This document shows positions 1 through 14,000 of a stretch of 64,000 nucleotides of DNA, one piece after another (the first letter of the stretch is position 1; each line of letters opens with the position of its first letter). The translations under genes and the position numbers were made by a program. The DNA is from Callorhinchus milii (lineage: Eukaryota): NCBI RefSeq assembly GCF_018977255.1, contig NW_024704742.1:129582001-129646000 (forward strand). Direction: 5' to 3'. The notes beneath the pieces are model-generated. The model saw only the letters and a program-made list of their open reading frames with translations, made no database searches and had not been told where the DNA came from.

Positions 1-2845
1 ACAACTTGCACTTTTATAGCGCCCTCTACTCAGGGTAGCGTCTCAAAACCCTTATGAATGGCGGAGCCTGACTCCAAGCCGAGGGGAGAGATGGCCATAA
101 GCACGGTCGAACAGGAAAGTTTTCAGGCGGGCCTTGAAAAAGGGGAGAAAGGGGCCAAGGCGGGCGGAGAGATTGAGGGAGAGTGTTCCAGAGTTTCAGG
201 GCGCCGTGGCTGAAAGCACCACCTCTGACATTATTGTACTAATAATCCTTGCATTTGACATAGTGCCTTATCACATCGTTGAGTCATCTCAAAGCGCTTC
301 ACAGAATATACTGTAAAGTGGATTGATTATATATTTTGTGGGCGAAACACGGCAGTCAATTGTGGTCAGCAGTACCCCAAAAACAGTCATGGATTGAGTG
401 ACTGAATTATTATTATTTGGGATGGATTATTCCCCCTGGAAAGCGATCTGCCAATCGACTAAAATAACCTATCCAACGCCTTGGGACGTCCTCCCGACGT
501 AAAAGGCGCTATACAAGTGTAATCTTCTTGTTGTTGTTGAAGGTCAACACTGATTTATTCAGTTTAATAAATCAAGACCTGTTTTGCATTTTGAGACTAA
601 TGTTGTGGCTCCTCTTAAAATAAGTACAAGCTTATTATGCACCTCAATGGCTCCTATAATTTAGGTGATAATTATAATTCCTGCATTGATAATATCCTTA
701 TCATGGTATCAAAACATCTCCAAGCCTTTACATAGTTTACTATAAAGTGAGTTTTGTAAGCGAACGCATCAGCAATCTTCCGAATCTGAGACAAGCATAC
801 CAGCCAGGCTGACACCTTGCTCATCATAAACCCCACTCCCAAGATCACCTCTGCCTGCTCTGAATACGATCCTATGAAGAGGAGAAACTCGTACCCAGAT
901 TTAGAACTTCTATTGCTGATTGGAATGAGCACTCTAAAGAAGTTTCAGCTGTTCACATGTGTGAATAGTGTGCAGTGGTGTAAACCAGCAGCCCATTTCA
1001 CAATGACTGTGCTTACGTAGCTACATTCAGGACATAAGACCACTCTGGTCAGTCTGATCTGTGTATTTGGTAAATCACAGTATTTCCCATCAGTAACTAC
1101 CTTAAGATGTCCATGCACTAAGCAACACATTCAGTGAAATGGCTAACTCTGCCTTGCAATGGGGGAAAAGCTGAATTGAATTTGTGCTCCACTCAGGTTC
1201 CTTGACGGTCTGTGTTGTGCTTCCAATGAAGGAGGTCCTTTTTTTTGTGGTCAGCCAGGAATCTTGACATGTGCAAAAATTCATCATCGTGCTTAAGCAT
1301 TGTAAACCAGTCAAAAGTTGGATATACATATGCCACTTGCACATGGAAATTTCTGTTTCTGCAAAGGAGTGCACACACACTCTGGAGCAGTTGTCTCCAA
1401 CCAGTTCATCGACAATGCAGGGCACCTTCACGAATGATCAAAACTGCAAGAGGAAGGAGTGACAGAACTGCGTTGTCATTGAGTCCAATTGAAGCTAGAT
1501 GCACAAAGTATGTCATGCATCTCAAAATAAAAATATAAACTAATGTTTAAACTGCAATAAATATTGCTCCTTCCCTCTTGTTTTTATTGAGGATGTGTGA
1601 GATGCCACCTAACGCGATTGACCAGTTGAAGACAAGAACAACAAATTACATTTGTTATAGCGCCTTTCATTGCTGCTCTAGAGGGACACAGCCATAGGCC
1701 AGGATGCCAGGAGCCAATACCTGGGTACCCCAAACTATATAAACTAGTGGTACTGCTGGAGTTTAACCAGCTAAACTTGCACAGCTGAACAATATGATAT
1801 TCATACACAATTGACATGGCAAAGTACTGGATCGTGGGAATTCTGATGTGTCTTATTCAAAACTTCAACCCAGCTTTCTCTTGTTGGACACTGTCTTGAT
1901 CGGCTGATGTCTTTTCCCAGAAAAATATAGAAAACAGTTTGTAGCAATCAGTTGTCTGATACATAATGAAGGGGAGGGGGCGAAGAAAGGCACCTCCAAA
2001 TATTTTTCATACATCGCATTTTTATAACAAATGCAACATTCCAAGGCAAATGCAAGGAATTATTATTATTCCTGTTTTTAAGAGCCTTCAAGACCTTCCT
2101 TCAAGACCCATCTCAAGACCCTCCTCTTCGACTGTGCTTTCGGTCACCCTCCTTCCACCATTGCCCTCCACCCTCCCCAATCACAACCTCCAGTTCGGGT
2201 CCAAAACACTGATTGTCCAGCACCTTGGGACGTTCCTCTTGATATGAAAGGCACTATACAAGTGTAATTTTGTTGTTGTTTTAATTTCAAACTTAGTTTA
2301 ACAATTCAGAACACATCCCTGGACACCCCAGAAACAAGCAAAGCATAAACAAGGCTAAAAGGATTTTAATTTTTAAAAAAAACAATATTTGTCGCACAGG
2401 GCAACCAACTCTGATATAAAATGGAATTGGGTGTGGAAGGTATCTCCAGGTATTTCCTACACTTCACATTTCTATAACAAATGCAATTTTCCAAAGCAAT
2501 AAATTGAACAAAAATGCTAAAAACATTATTCTGGCTCAAACTCAATAGTCAGACGAAAGGCCACTGACATACCTGGAAGTAAAGCCCGAATGTCCAGCAA
2601 AAAGCAACTCAGTGCTGACTGAAGCAATGTTAGGTAGAATGGGACAAATTGTCCTGCAAAGTGTCCAGCTCATATACAAATACAAAATTACATTTGTATT
2701 GTGCGCTTCACATTGGGAGGATGTCCCAAGCACTGGACAGTCAGGGATTTGAATCTGAGGAGGGGTTTGGGATCGGAGAAGGTGGGTGGCAGGGATGGGA
2801 GGGGTGGAAGGTGACCAAAGGCACGATCGGAGGGAATCAATCTCT

Positions 2846-5022
2846 TTAAAAACCCATTCTGGCTCTTTTCTTTTTTGGTTGAGAGAGCACAGACTGGCTC
2901 AGAGACAGCACGGATTGGCTTAGAGATGGCAAAGACTGGCTCTGAGAGAACAGGGACTGGTTCTGAGAGGCCAAGGCCTGATTCTGAGAGGGCAAAGGCT
3001 GGCTGGGGGAGAGCAGTGACTGGCTCAGCGAGGACGAGGGCTGGCTCGGAGAGAGCAGTGACTGGCTCAGCGAGGGCAAAGTCTGGCTGTGAGAGGCTAG
3101 TGGGTGTTTCTGAGAGGGCAGGGGCTGGCTGCGAGAGGGCAGGGGCTGGCTGCGAGAGGGCAGGGGCTGGCTGCGAGAGGGCAGGGGCTGGCTGCGAGAG
3201 GGCAGGGGCTGGCTGCGAGAGGGCAGGGGCTGGCTGCGAGAGGGCAGGGGCTGGCTGCGAGAGGGCAGGGGCTGGCTGCGAGAGGGCAGGGGCTGGCTGC
3301 CAGAGGGCAGGGGCTGGCTGCCAGAGGGCTGGCTGCCAGAGGGCTGGCTGCCAGAGGGCTGGCTGCCAGAGGGCTGGCTGCCAGAGGGCTGGCTGCCAGA
3401 GGGCAGGCTGCCAGAGGGCTGGCTGCCAGAGGGCAGGCTGCCAGAGGGCAGGGGCTGGCTGCCAGAGGGCAGGGGCTGGCGGCCAGAGGGCAGGGGCTGG
3501 CGGCGAGAGGGCAGGGGCTGGCGGCGAGAGGGCAGGGGCTGGCGGCGAGAGGGCAGGGGCTGGCGGCGAGAGGGCAGGGGCTGGCGGCGAGAGGGCAGGG
3601 GCTGGCGGCCAGAGGGCAGGGGCTGGCTGCCAGAGGGCAGGGGCTGGCTGCCAGAGGGCAGGGGCTGGCTGCCAGAGGACAGGGGCTGGCTGCCAGAGGA
3701 CAGGGGCTGGCTGCCAGAGGGCAGGGGCTGGCTGCCAGAGGGCAGGGGCTGGCTGCCAGAGGGCAGGGGCTGGCTGCCAGAGGGCAGGGGCTGGCTGCCA
3801 GAGGGCAGGGGCCCGAATGCTTCACAATTGGTATTTACGTGTGGAGTAGACATCAATGGGATTTGGGAAGAGGTTGCTATTGGTAAAAAGTAGCTCATTT
3901 CATCGTCCTGCTCGGGTTGAGGTGGATTGTCTTCCAAGGCATCCATGTATTTCTGTAGAATTCCTTTCCGTTCCCTGGGCATGGATCTCAACTGAATTTC
4001 TAGGGAGGGCCCTGGGTCCAATACGGATTTCTGGCTTCCTTCTGCTTCGGGCGCACTGGTCTGCACCTCCTCTTCTTGCTCAAGGACAATACTTCCGTTT
4101 GCTCGGCTCACTGTAGTGGACCTATTGAGAAGGGTGTGACTTTCTGTGTCGGACAGATAATCGCTCTCCTTGAGATTCTCTGTCGAGGTTCTGCTCCAGA
4201 TTGAGGCGTCAGTGAAGTCGGAAAACTCAGACACCGATGAGGTGAAGCTGCCTGACAGCCCCCTTCTGTGTCTCGCTCGAGCTGATTTTTCATTCTTTCT
4301 TTTCGCCTGTAGCACTTTAATTCTCTTATCGTGGTTCATGCCAAGCTTCTCTGACCACCATTCGCTCCACTTCTCCTCCCAAGCTGCTGTGAGCCTGTCG
4401 CTCAGATCATCTTTCCAAACTGAGGGATCAACAGGGTCTGGAACGCTAACCGGGTCCAATATTGGGAACGTGCTGTGGGAAAGGATCTCTCTCTTCTCCA
4501 TAACACTTTTAATTCTATCCCTCACCTCCTTGTATGCGTCGCCCGATTCATCGCTGTTTTTGCAGGAAAACTTATGCTTGACGTTTATGAAACAGTGTTT
4601 GGGCAGCACTTTAGAGTTTGTATTAAGTTCTTTCTGCTTGTTTACAAATGACTTCAGCCACCTGCGACATGTGACAAGAGCAGCACGACTGAGTGGTGGT
4701 TTTCTGGTACTCTGGCTGCTCAGTGTTGGAGTTCCTTCTTTGTCTGCTCTGAGTGGCGGGGAGGCTCCCTCTGATCTTTTGCCCTCCCCTCCTCCAACCT
4801 CTTCTGGATCTCCGTGCCCAGAAGGATCCTCTGAGAGTACCCCATTGTTCAGAGTAGGACTAATAGGTTCACTGTCATTTCCGACCCTCTCCTTCGTTGG
4901 ATTTCCGTCATCGCAACCATTCTTCCGAGGAACGAGAGTTTGGTAAAAGAGATCTCCCGCTGCAGACAGCTGAATCACAGAAAGTGAATTTCTCCCGCGA
5001 CGATGATAAAATGCTGCAATAC
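2846..5022 (-). CDS. TAF1C: TAF1C terminal coding exon 14, including the SQ-rich heptad repeat
   Basis: Acceptor cctgcag|; open frame from [11 protein letters not shown] to [12 protein letters not shown]; 2177 nt. Confidence 0.92.
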
Positions 5023-8000
5023 CTGCAGGGCAATAACAAAAAATTCACTGTAAAACACGTGTATCACAATTGTACATTTAAATTGCATTTCTTCAAAAAC
5101 AAAAGTTGGTCTGAGAAATAATTTTTTAAAAAAAGGGTACATCCCATGAAACACTTTGAGATGTGCTCCTGAAGTGAAAGGCACTATATCAAATGCACGG
5201 AAAAAAGAGCAAACTACAGTCGTACACCAAACAATGGGGGAAATGGGGAAGGAAAATTGCCAAGGTAGCAAATTAATCTGCCGTGGGTTTGACCAGGTAA
5301 GACGTATTCAACTGCTTATAACACTCTCGGCATGAGGGGAGGGAGTGTATTGGAGACACCAAACAACCACTTCCACAGGCTCCCAGAGCTTTGGGGAATT
5401 CCCTGGACAGCAGGGGAACCTTGCTGATCTACCACCACAGCACCATCTAGGGCTGGTGAAGCACCTCTTCACAAGGAACAAATGCCCAAATGGACGCAGC
5501 ATTCGACGGCAGCAAAACAACAACAACAAAATTACATTTGTATAGCACCTTTCACATCGAGAGGATTTCCCAAGGCGCTGGACAATCAGTGTTTCGGACC
5601 CAAGCTGGGGGTTGGGATTGGGTAGGGTGGAGGACGGGGGCGGGGGAAGGAGAGTGATTGAAGGCACAGTCGATGAAGAGGGTCTTGAGATGGGTCTTGA
5701 AGGAGGCAAGGGAGGGGGTGAGGTGGAGGGACTGCGGAATGGAATTCCAGAGGGTGGGGGCAGAGTAGCTGAAAGCCCACCCGCCAATGGTGGGTCAGGC
5801 CAGGTGGGGGCCGTGAAGCAGGCCAAAGCCCATTGAGCAGAGGGAGCGGGCAGGATGGTAGGGGGTTAGGAGGTCACAGAGGTAGGGGGGAGCAAAGCCA
5901 TGGAGGGCTTTGATGATGAGGACCAGGATCTTGAACTGTATCCTCTGTGTAATGGGAAGCCAGTGATGATAGGGTCACGAACGTTGCGGAGGTGGGGGAA
6001 GGCAGAGCGGGTCATGGCATGGATATGGGGTAGAAATGATAGTTGAGGGTCAAACAAGACGCCAACGCCAGAACACTGTAAACGAACTAGGCTCGTTCAC
6101 ACCTTGCTGCGAGCAAAGCTTCAGGAAATACTTCCCGGATGATAACGTATTAGGAAAACTTGATGGCTTTTGTTCATTCAGTTTTAGAGAATAATAGATA
6201 AGACAATTAAAAAAACCTGTCATACCTGGCATCACACTGCTCATGGAAGCATTGTTCATGCTTTTTGAATTATATGAATCACTTCCAACATCCAAGTACT
6301 GGTGATTTAGCTGAAGACTGACAGCGCATTTGCTAGTGGTCAAACACAACTCACCTGCCCCCGGAGAGTGAAGTCTCTCAGTAATGACTGCTTCTTGCCT
6401 CAGAAATAACTTGACCGGAAGCTGCTTCAACATATCGTAATTGCTGGAGAGTTTCTGTGGTGGACCAAAGGACTGGCAGGGAAGCCGTGTACCTCCTGTC
6501 AGAAAAATAATTTGGTATCTGGCTTTACCATGCAACTGAGAAAGCCCTGATTACTAGGATGCTCCTAGCTGAATGAGCAGCTGCCTGTAAGGAAGCTTAC
6601 TCGTGCTCTGCACTGAGTTAGCTGATTAATCCCCGGTAGTTTACAACCCTTTCCCAATGCGCACACTCGGGTTCCCAAGCCTTGGCTCTTCACAACCTAT
6701 ACCTAAATTCTCTGGGATTAGGTAAACAGGATGCATTCCACTGGAGAGAGTGCACACTCTGTTCTGGAGGACATCCAAAGGCACATAACAATACCAGCTT
6801 GGCACCCAAGCTGGGGATGGGTAAAAGGAAGATGACTAAAAGCAGTCAAAGAGTTAGGTGTTAAGATTAATTATTTAAAGATTATTCATTTATTATTGAT
6901 ATGTCGATCACATAATTGATCAGGACTGGTCCCTCTGTTACAATACATTCTATTCTCTTCTCCGTTCCCATATTTACCTTGTGGGTCACTATCACCTTAT
7001 TCACATTACAGAACAGTTTACCAGTAATCATTATTAAGCTGGCACTCCAATGCCATGCTGGGGGTGCACTGCATTGTCAGAAGTGCCAAACTTTGAATGA
7101 GATGTTAAACCAAGCTCCCATCTGCCTGTTCAGGTAGATGTTAAAAATCCCACAGCACTATTTGAAAAGAGAAAGGAGTTTTTCCCCGGTGTGTTGGCCA
7201 ACAGTCCCCCAAATAAAATTGGTTATTCGTATCATGGCTGTTTGTGGGACACTGTTGTGTGCAATTATGCTGCCATGTTTGCCGATAAATACACAGTAAC
7301 TGTTTCACAGTAATTCCTATGAAGTGCTTTGAGACGTCCTTATAATAATCCTTGCATTTGATATAGCGCCTTATCAGGTCTTTTGAGACGTATCAAAACA
7401 CTTCACAGAATATACATTAAAGTGAAGTGGATGTATATTTTGTGAGCGAATATCTTCCAATGTGATAAGGTACTATACCAGATGTGAGAATTATTATTAT
7501 CATCACATAGTAACAAGTCACCTGAATACTGCAGAAGCAGTGCTTCCTGAGTGCGCTGCGTCCCCAGGACAATCTTGTGAGTTTCGTTCCTCGATGCCCC
7601 GCTCACAACTTGGGCGAACATTGGAGGCGACCCCATCATGTGCCTCCACTTCAGAACGGGGACAATAGGGAATCGTTCATCTATGATGTAGGCAGAATAC
7701 TACATTGGAAAAATAAAATTAATCATTTTGTGTTCTGTCAGGGAAAGACCAATCAAGTCAGTGTTGTATGATGCTATTGAAAATCTTTTCAGGATTTTAC
7801 AATCACAGTACGAGTGTATTAAAGTCTGCAGTTTTGGTTGACTTTTTTTTAGAAAACTATATACCATAATATATACCTATAATATATGTATCCATAGAAA
7901 GTAAATGCTCAGTCCAATTCAGAACTGAACTGCGATTCAATTAAAATTTACAATCAATTGATAAAATCAATGGAACACTAAATTTCATTTACAAAACACA

Positions 8001-11000
8001 GTCATTTTACTCTACAGTAAATCCTGTGAAGATTTAGAGACATCCTGATGTAAAAGGCACCATACCAAATAAAGGTCATCACTAATTTTCATGTTAAAAT
8101 ATAAGAAAATATTCTCCACAATGCGATCGATACAAGGAAGAAGAGCAATATTTATTTTAACATGTTTAAAATACATTGGCATTAAAATAAAATACTAACT
8201 GCTGCAGAAATGCAGAAATATATCTTGGCCTTGACTTTAGTTGACCAGGACTGCATCATCTGCAGTCTAAACAGTACTGGTAAACGTGCCTCACAGTATT
8301 GGGACTAGGAGCTTTAACCAAAGGATGTGTGCGTTATTCTATTGGTCTGCGCTTCACAATAACCAATAATCAATCAGGTATAAAAAGAGAGTTCAGTCAA
8401 GATCAATGAGACGCAGACTGGATGACTCCTCCACTGCCTGTTCCAATCCCAGGGATCAATACTGATCAATACCTCCCAGTATCCCATGTTCAGGTAATGG
8501 GTCTTTGTTCTTTGTATAGTCATTGACCTTGGAACTATAATCAAGGAAACAATTGTTTAACATCCAAATTGTGCGCATTATTTCATCATAGTAAAGTTTC
8601 CTTACAGCTTGACACCCCAAATGGGATAATTTTAACAACTGTTAAGAAGTTCGTACCTAAAAAGGTCTCTCTGTCAACTGCTGTCGAGAGAAGACAGTAA
8701 GAAACAACCGCAACCTAAACGCTGTCAGGCAGTGAAAGGTGGCCAAGGTAACCTGTCATAGTTTGGTTTTGGGTGTTGGGGAGTCTGAGGCCAGTTACAG
8801 GACCCGACCAGGATAGGCAGAATGGAAGAACTAATAACAAGAGTTGATTATATGTGCCAGAGTGAAAGTTTGTGATGAGTCATGGGAGCACTGTAAAGGA
8901 GTACAAAGAATTGCTTCAAGAGAAGCTAGATCAGGAAAGGAGAAAGGACTGCAATTATACAGGCACTATGGGTTATGAAGTAGACCCTGGGCAAGAAAGT
9001 CCAGTGCTTGTCAGAAAACTGAAAACAAGTGAAGTCAAGAGAGACTGTTGTGAAGTGATAAGGTTGAGGAGTGCAGGAGAGAAAAGCGAACAGCTAGAAT
9101 CTGAAGCTAAAGTGTTGAAAGTCTGTGTAGCTATGTTCGTTCAGCGAGTGCTGCTCAGAAGCAAAAGAACGATGCAAAGTACTAACTAGGATGTGTAAAC
9201 AACTAGAAAAATATAACAAAATTTTACAGAAACACGCCGAGGATTTAAAAAACAGTGTACGCATCAGTCTCAGCAAATGACAAACATAAAGCGAGGACCC
9301 ACAGTAGCGCATGATAATAATGATAATAATAACCCTTGCATTTGATATAGCACTCTTCACATCTTCTAAACTTCTCAAAGGGCTTCACAGAAGATGTTGT
9401 AAAGTGAATTGACCGTATATTTGTGGGTGAAACGCGGCAGCCAATTGTGCACAGCAGTGTCCCACAAACAGTCATGGATTGAAAATGACTAATTTATTAT
9501 TGTTTTGGAGGGATTATTATTAGGTGTGTGGAGTAAGGAAACTTGCCCAAGGTTTCGCCCTGCCTGGAACTGAACCCAGGTGTCTCGCTTGCAAGGCGAG
9601 TGCTCTAACCAGAGCTACAGGACTCCACAAATGATAAATGATACATTATAAGTGTAAGCACGTGATAAACAGGCTGCGAACAGTTAGGTATATAATAATC
9701 CTTGCATTTGATATAGCGCCTGATCACGTCTTCAAGACGTCTCAAAGCGCTTCACAGAATATACTGTAAAATGAATTGACTGTATATTTTGTGGCCGAAA
9801 TGCGGTAACCAATTGCACGCAGCAGTGTCCCACAAGCAGTTGTGGATTGAGTGACCAAATTATCATTATTATTTGATTTTAAGCCATTATTACTCCCGGA
9901 AAAGAGGACCACCAATCGACTAATAACTAGGTTCCTACTAGGTAAACAGGTGTGTGGAGTAAGGAAACTTGCCTAAGGTTTTGCCCTGCCGGGAATAGAA
10001 CCAAGGTCTATCACTTGCGAGAAGAGTGCTTTAACTACTAAGCTACAGGACTCCAGGATATGTCTAAGAAAGCCATACGAGGAAATACGAGACAGAGAAA
10101 CATGGGGAAAGAAGATTGGGAATCTGCCAGTAGCCAGGGTTGATACACGCAGCATTACAAGAAGTCAAAGATTACGAGAGGTTAAGGAGTCTAACGATGT
10201 TAGTACATCTAGTGATGATCTGTCAGGTGAAGAGGAAATCTCCACTCGATGCTACACCACAAAGAGTTAAAAGAGATAATAGAAAGACTAAAATTGAAAC
10301 GAGGAGATGATGCTTTAATGCATTTGGAAGTGCTTGAGCAGATGGCCAGATTACACCAATGTGAGGGGCGTATAACATCCAAATTCCGCGCATTATATCA
10401 TCATTAAGGAAAGTCATTTCCTTACTGTGTTCTACGTAAGAACATAAGAAAAACTAGACGAAAAAAGACCAAGGTTCATCTAGTTCCTGGCAGTCTCAAG
10501 TACAAAAGTCCCAAACTACTTATGTACTACATCCCATAATGTTATTTCCTAAAAGGAAACTATCTAATCTTTGTTTGAAAGAATCAACACTTCCTGCTTC
10601 AATCATCTCCCTAGGGAGCCTATTACACAGGTTCAATATTCGCTCAATGAAATAGATTTGTTCTGAATTTACCCCCTTCAATCGCAGGCTGTGTCCTCTG
10701 GTTCTACTATTCTGGATAAGTTGAAACAGCCTGTTTTGATCTATATTGTCTAGCCCTTTAGATTCTTAAAGACAGCAATCATGCTGCCTCTCAATCTTCT
10801 TTTGTCCAGCGTGAACATGCTCAATTTACTTAGTCACTCCTCAAAGTCCAGTCCTTCCATTCCCTCAATCATTTTGGTTGCCTTCCTCTGCATCGTCTTG
10901 ATTTCTCCAATAACCTTTTTGTACTATGGCGACCAGAACTGTACACAGTACTCTTAAGTATGGTCTCAACAAATGATTTCTACACCAAAGTTCTCATTGG

Positions 11001-14000
11001 ATGTATTGGATTAGTTGGTACACAATGAAATAAACCTGGGGGTGAAAGAGGAGTTTTAACCAAACAATGTGGAAAGCAGAGTTTTGTTACTTCTTAAAGG
11101 TCAAGCTATTAAACAGTTAATAATTGATGCATTTGATGCCTCACTTTGTAGGTGGAGTTATAGCCACAGACCTGGGTGGTGATGAGGTAATGAAATGGAT
11201 GCACATCCTGTAGGTGTTTAGGAAGTATCACTCGTTCCCCTCGCTGGCAGGACGCAGTAGCTCCCATCTTAAACAGCGTCTGGTTACAGGACTCGCCAGC
11301 CTGCAAAGATATTCAACAAGTTTGAAATCAACGAAATAACAACTCACGTTCTTCTGACATGAAAGGTGCTACGTAAATATAAATATATATTCCATAGGAA
11401 CCTGAAGCCCTTGCCTTCCTCTTTAACCTTGCCTACGGTCACCTTTGCTCTCTCTCCCTGGCTTGTTGTCAAATTCTGCTGTTGTTCAGTTCTCCAACAT
11501 TATGGGTGCTCTTTAAATGCAAGTAATGGTTATTGTATCTCTCTATCAATCCCTCTGCCTTGCCCGCTCCTTCCTCTTCAACCTTGCCTTCGGTCACTTC
11601 CTCCCCCTCCCTGGAGTTCGACCCTGAGCTGTCCTTTCTCCCTCACATCCGCACCACAACTGGCACCGCCTTCCATCACCTCCGGAATATCGCCAGACTA
11701 CGGCACTACCTCACCCCTCACGCTGCTGAAACCCTGGTTCACGCCTTTGTCACCTCAAGGCTGGACTATGGGAACTCCCTCCTCGCCGGCCTTCCCGGCA
11801 CCTCCCTCCACAAGCTGCAGGTCATTCAGAACTCTGCAGCTCGTGTACTGTCCCGCACCAGGCTTCGCGACCACATCACTCCCACCCTCGCTCGCCTCCA
11901 CTGGCTCCCCATCCCCCAGAGGATTGATTTCAAGATCCTCATCCTCACCTACAAGGCCATTCACGGCCTCGCTCCCCCCTACCTCTCCGACCTACTATCC
12001 CCCTACTTACCTGCCCGTACCCTCCGTTCCTCCGGCTCCGGTCTGCTCCACGTCCCCTGCCCCAACCGCCCTACCATCGGTGGTCGGGCCTTCAGCCTCT
12101 CAGCCCCGAGGCTCTGGAACTCTATCCCCCAGTGCCTTCGCCGCCTCCTCCCTTTCCTCCTTCAAGGCCGGTCTCAAGACCTTTCTCTTTGACCGAGCCT
12201 TCAGCTCCCCTCTCGACTCTCTTCCCCCTCCTCGCTCCCTCCCTTCCCTCCCCTCACCCTGACCATTTCCCCCTCCCTCCCTTCCCTCCCCTCACCCTGA
12301 CCATTTCCCCCCTCCTCGCTCCCTCCTTTCCCTCCCCTCACCCTGACCATTTCCCCCCTGCTCGGGTCATGACCCAACTGTGCAGCGCCTTGGGACGTCC
12401 TCCTGATGTGAAAGGCGCTTTATAAATGGAATCTTGTTGTTGTTGTTGTTGTTGTCAGGCTCTGCATTTGTGTAACTCAGTTGTGCATCAGCTAGCACTT
12501 TACAGAGCACTCCATATGTAGAATAAAATAAATTGCACTTGTATAGCACTTTTTTGTGACGAGAGGTGACAACAACAACAATAACGTGCATTTACATAGC
12601 TCATTTCAGGGGCAGCATCTCAGAGCGTTTAGATCTAATGAGATATAACATATAATGAGTTTCTCTTAAATTTTCCCTTATCTCCTACAGGCACAAACCT
12701 TTTGTGCTACAGTTCCATAGGCACCCTCAGATTGATTTTGTCCTAACCCAGCACCTTCCAGTAGAGGTCCCTCCGACTGATCAGAACTGGTTACATTTTT
12801 CTTTCCCAACAAAATATATGTTAATGTCCTCTACTGGAGATCCTGCGAAATGCTTTAAGACATCTCAAACAGTTGGTATGTTTGTGCTGCATGCAACTAA
12901 TTGTCTGCGGAAGGTTAATCCCGTTAGAATGCTGCATAATGCGAGGTTGATGAGCGAATGCGGTATGTAATCCAGGAACATCTAAAAGTGCCCGCTTTAA
13001 TCCTCACCCTCACGTCAGTCAGATCAAGGCCGGTTCTGTCAGCGTATAAATACACCCGTGGGTGAGCTGTGAAATCACACCATCTCCAAGGCAGTTGGGC
13101 ATTGAAGTTGAGATTCTCGGTTTCCTTTCGAATCCTCTGAAGCCTGAAATAACATAAAGTAACTTGGCAAGATAAAGAGAGGACGGAAACAAAGCAGCGC
13201 ATCAATTGGCAGTCCTTCCAAACATAAAGACCCACACAGCAATGCACTGGTCAGAAACAAAGCCCACAATCTCTGGAACTCTCTGCCTCATTCCCTCCGT
13301 CCAACTCCCACTTTTCCTTTCTTTAAAATCCACCTTAAGACTTGCTTCTTTGACTGCACCTATGTTCACCTCCCCCTTCTGATGGTCTGCTGCTGTGTTG
13401 TAGGATTATATATCTACTCTATGTTATCCCCTGAAAGGGGAAGATTCATAATAATACTTGCATTTGGTATCAAGCCTTATCACACCATCGAGATGTCTCT
13501 CAGTACTTCAAACGGATTTTATTGTGAAGTGTAGTGACTGTATTTATAGATAAACATGGTAGTCAACTCACCACACGGATACAACAACTCACCACACGAC
13601 ACCTCTAAAAAGGTCATAGCGGAATAGGGATTAAGAGTCTATTGCAGAGGCAAATTTACCTATTCGACAGATGGTGGAATTTTGCTTTGTAATTGTGTTT
13701 CTTGTGTGTTCCAATGAGGAACATTATAAAATATTTATCTACTGACCCAGTTTAGGCTCAGCAGCTTTGTTTTGGTTCAGGTCTTAAGCAAAAGTAGACG
13801 GGGGTGCCAATGTCGAGTCATAGAGCCAATGGACAAAGTGCATTTGGTGTGGGATAGCGTTCTGTCCCGTTAACTCCCCTCGAAGAACGATGGCACTCAG
13901 CAAACACTGAGCTGCTTCGTGTCTTCCATCCAATCTGCCCTACCATCGGTGGGTGAGCTTTCAAGGCATTCGGTACCCGTTCTCTGGAACTCCACCTTGG

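Noticed and set aside
2875..3886. Alternative-frame and antisense repeat ORFs ([20 protein letters not shown])
   Set aside because: Shadows of the coding repeat; only the frame joining QLSAAGD to RMGF matches TAF1C
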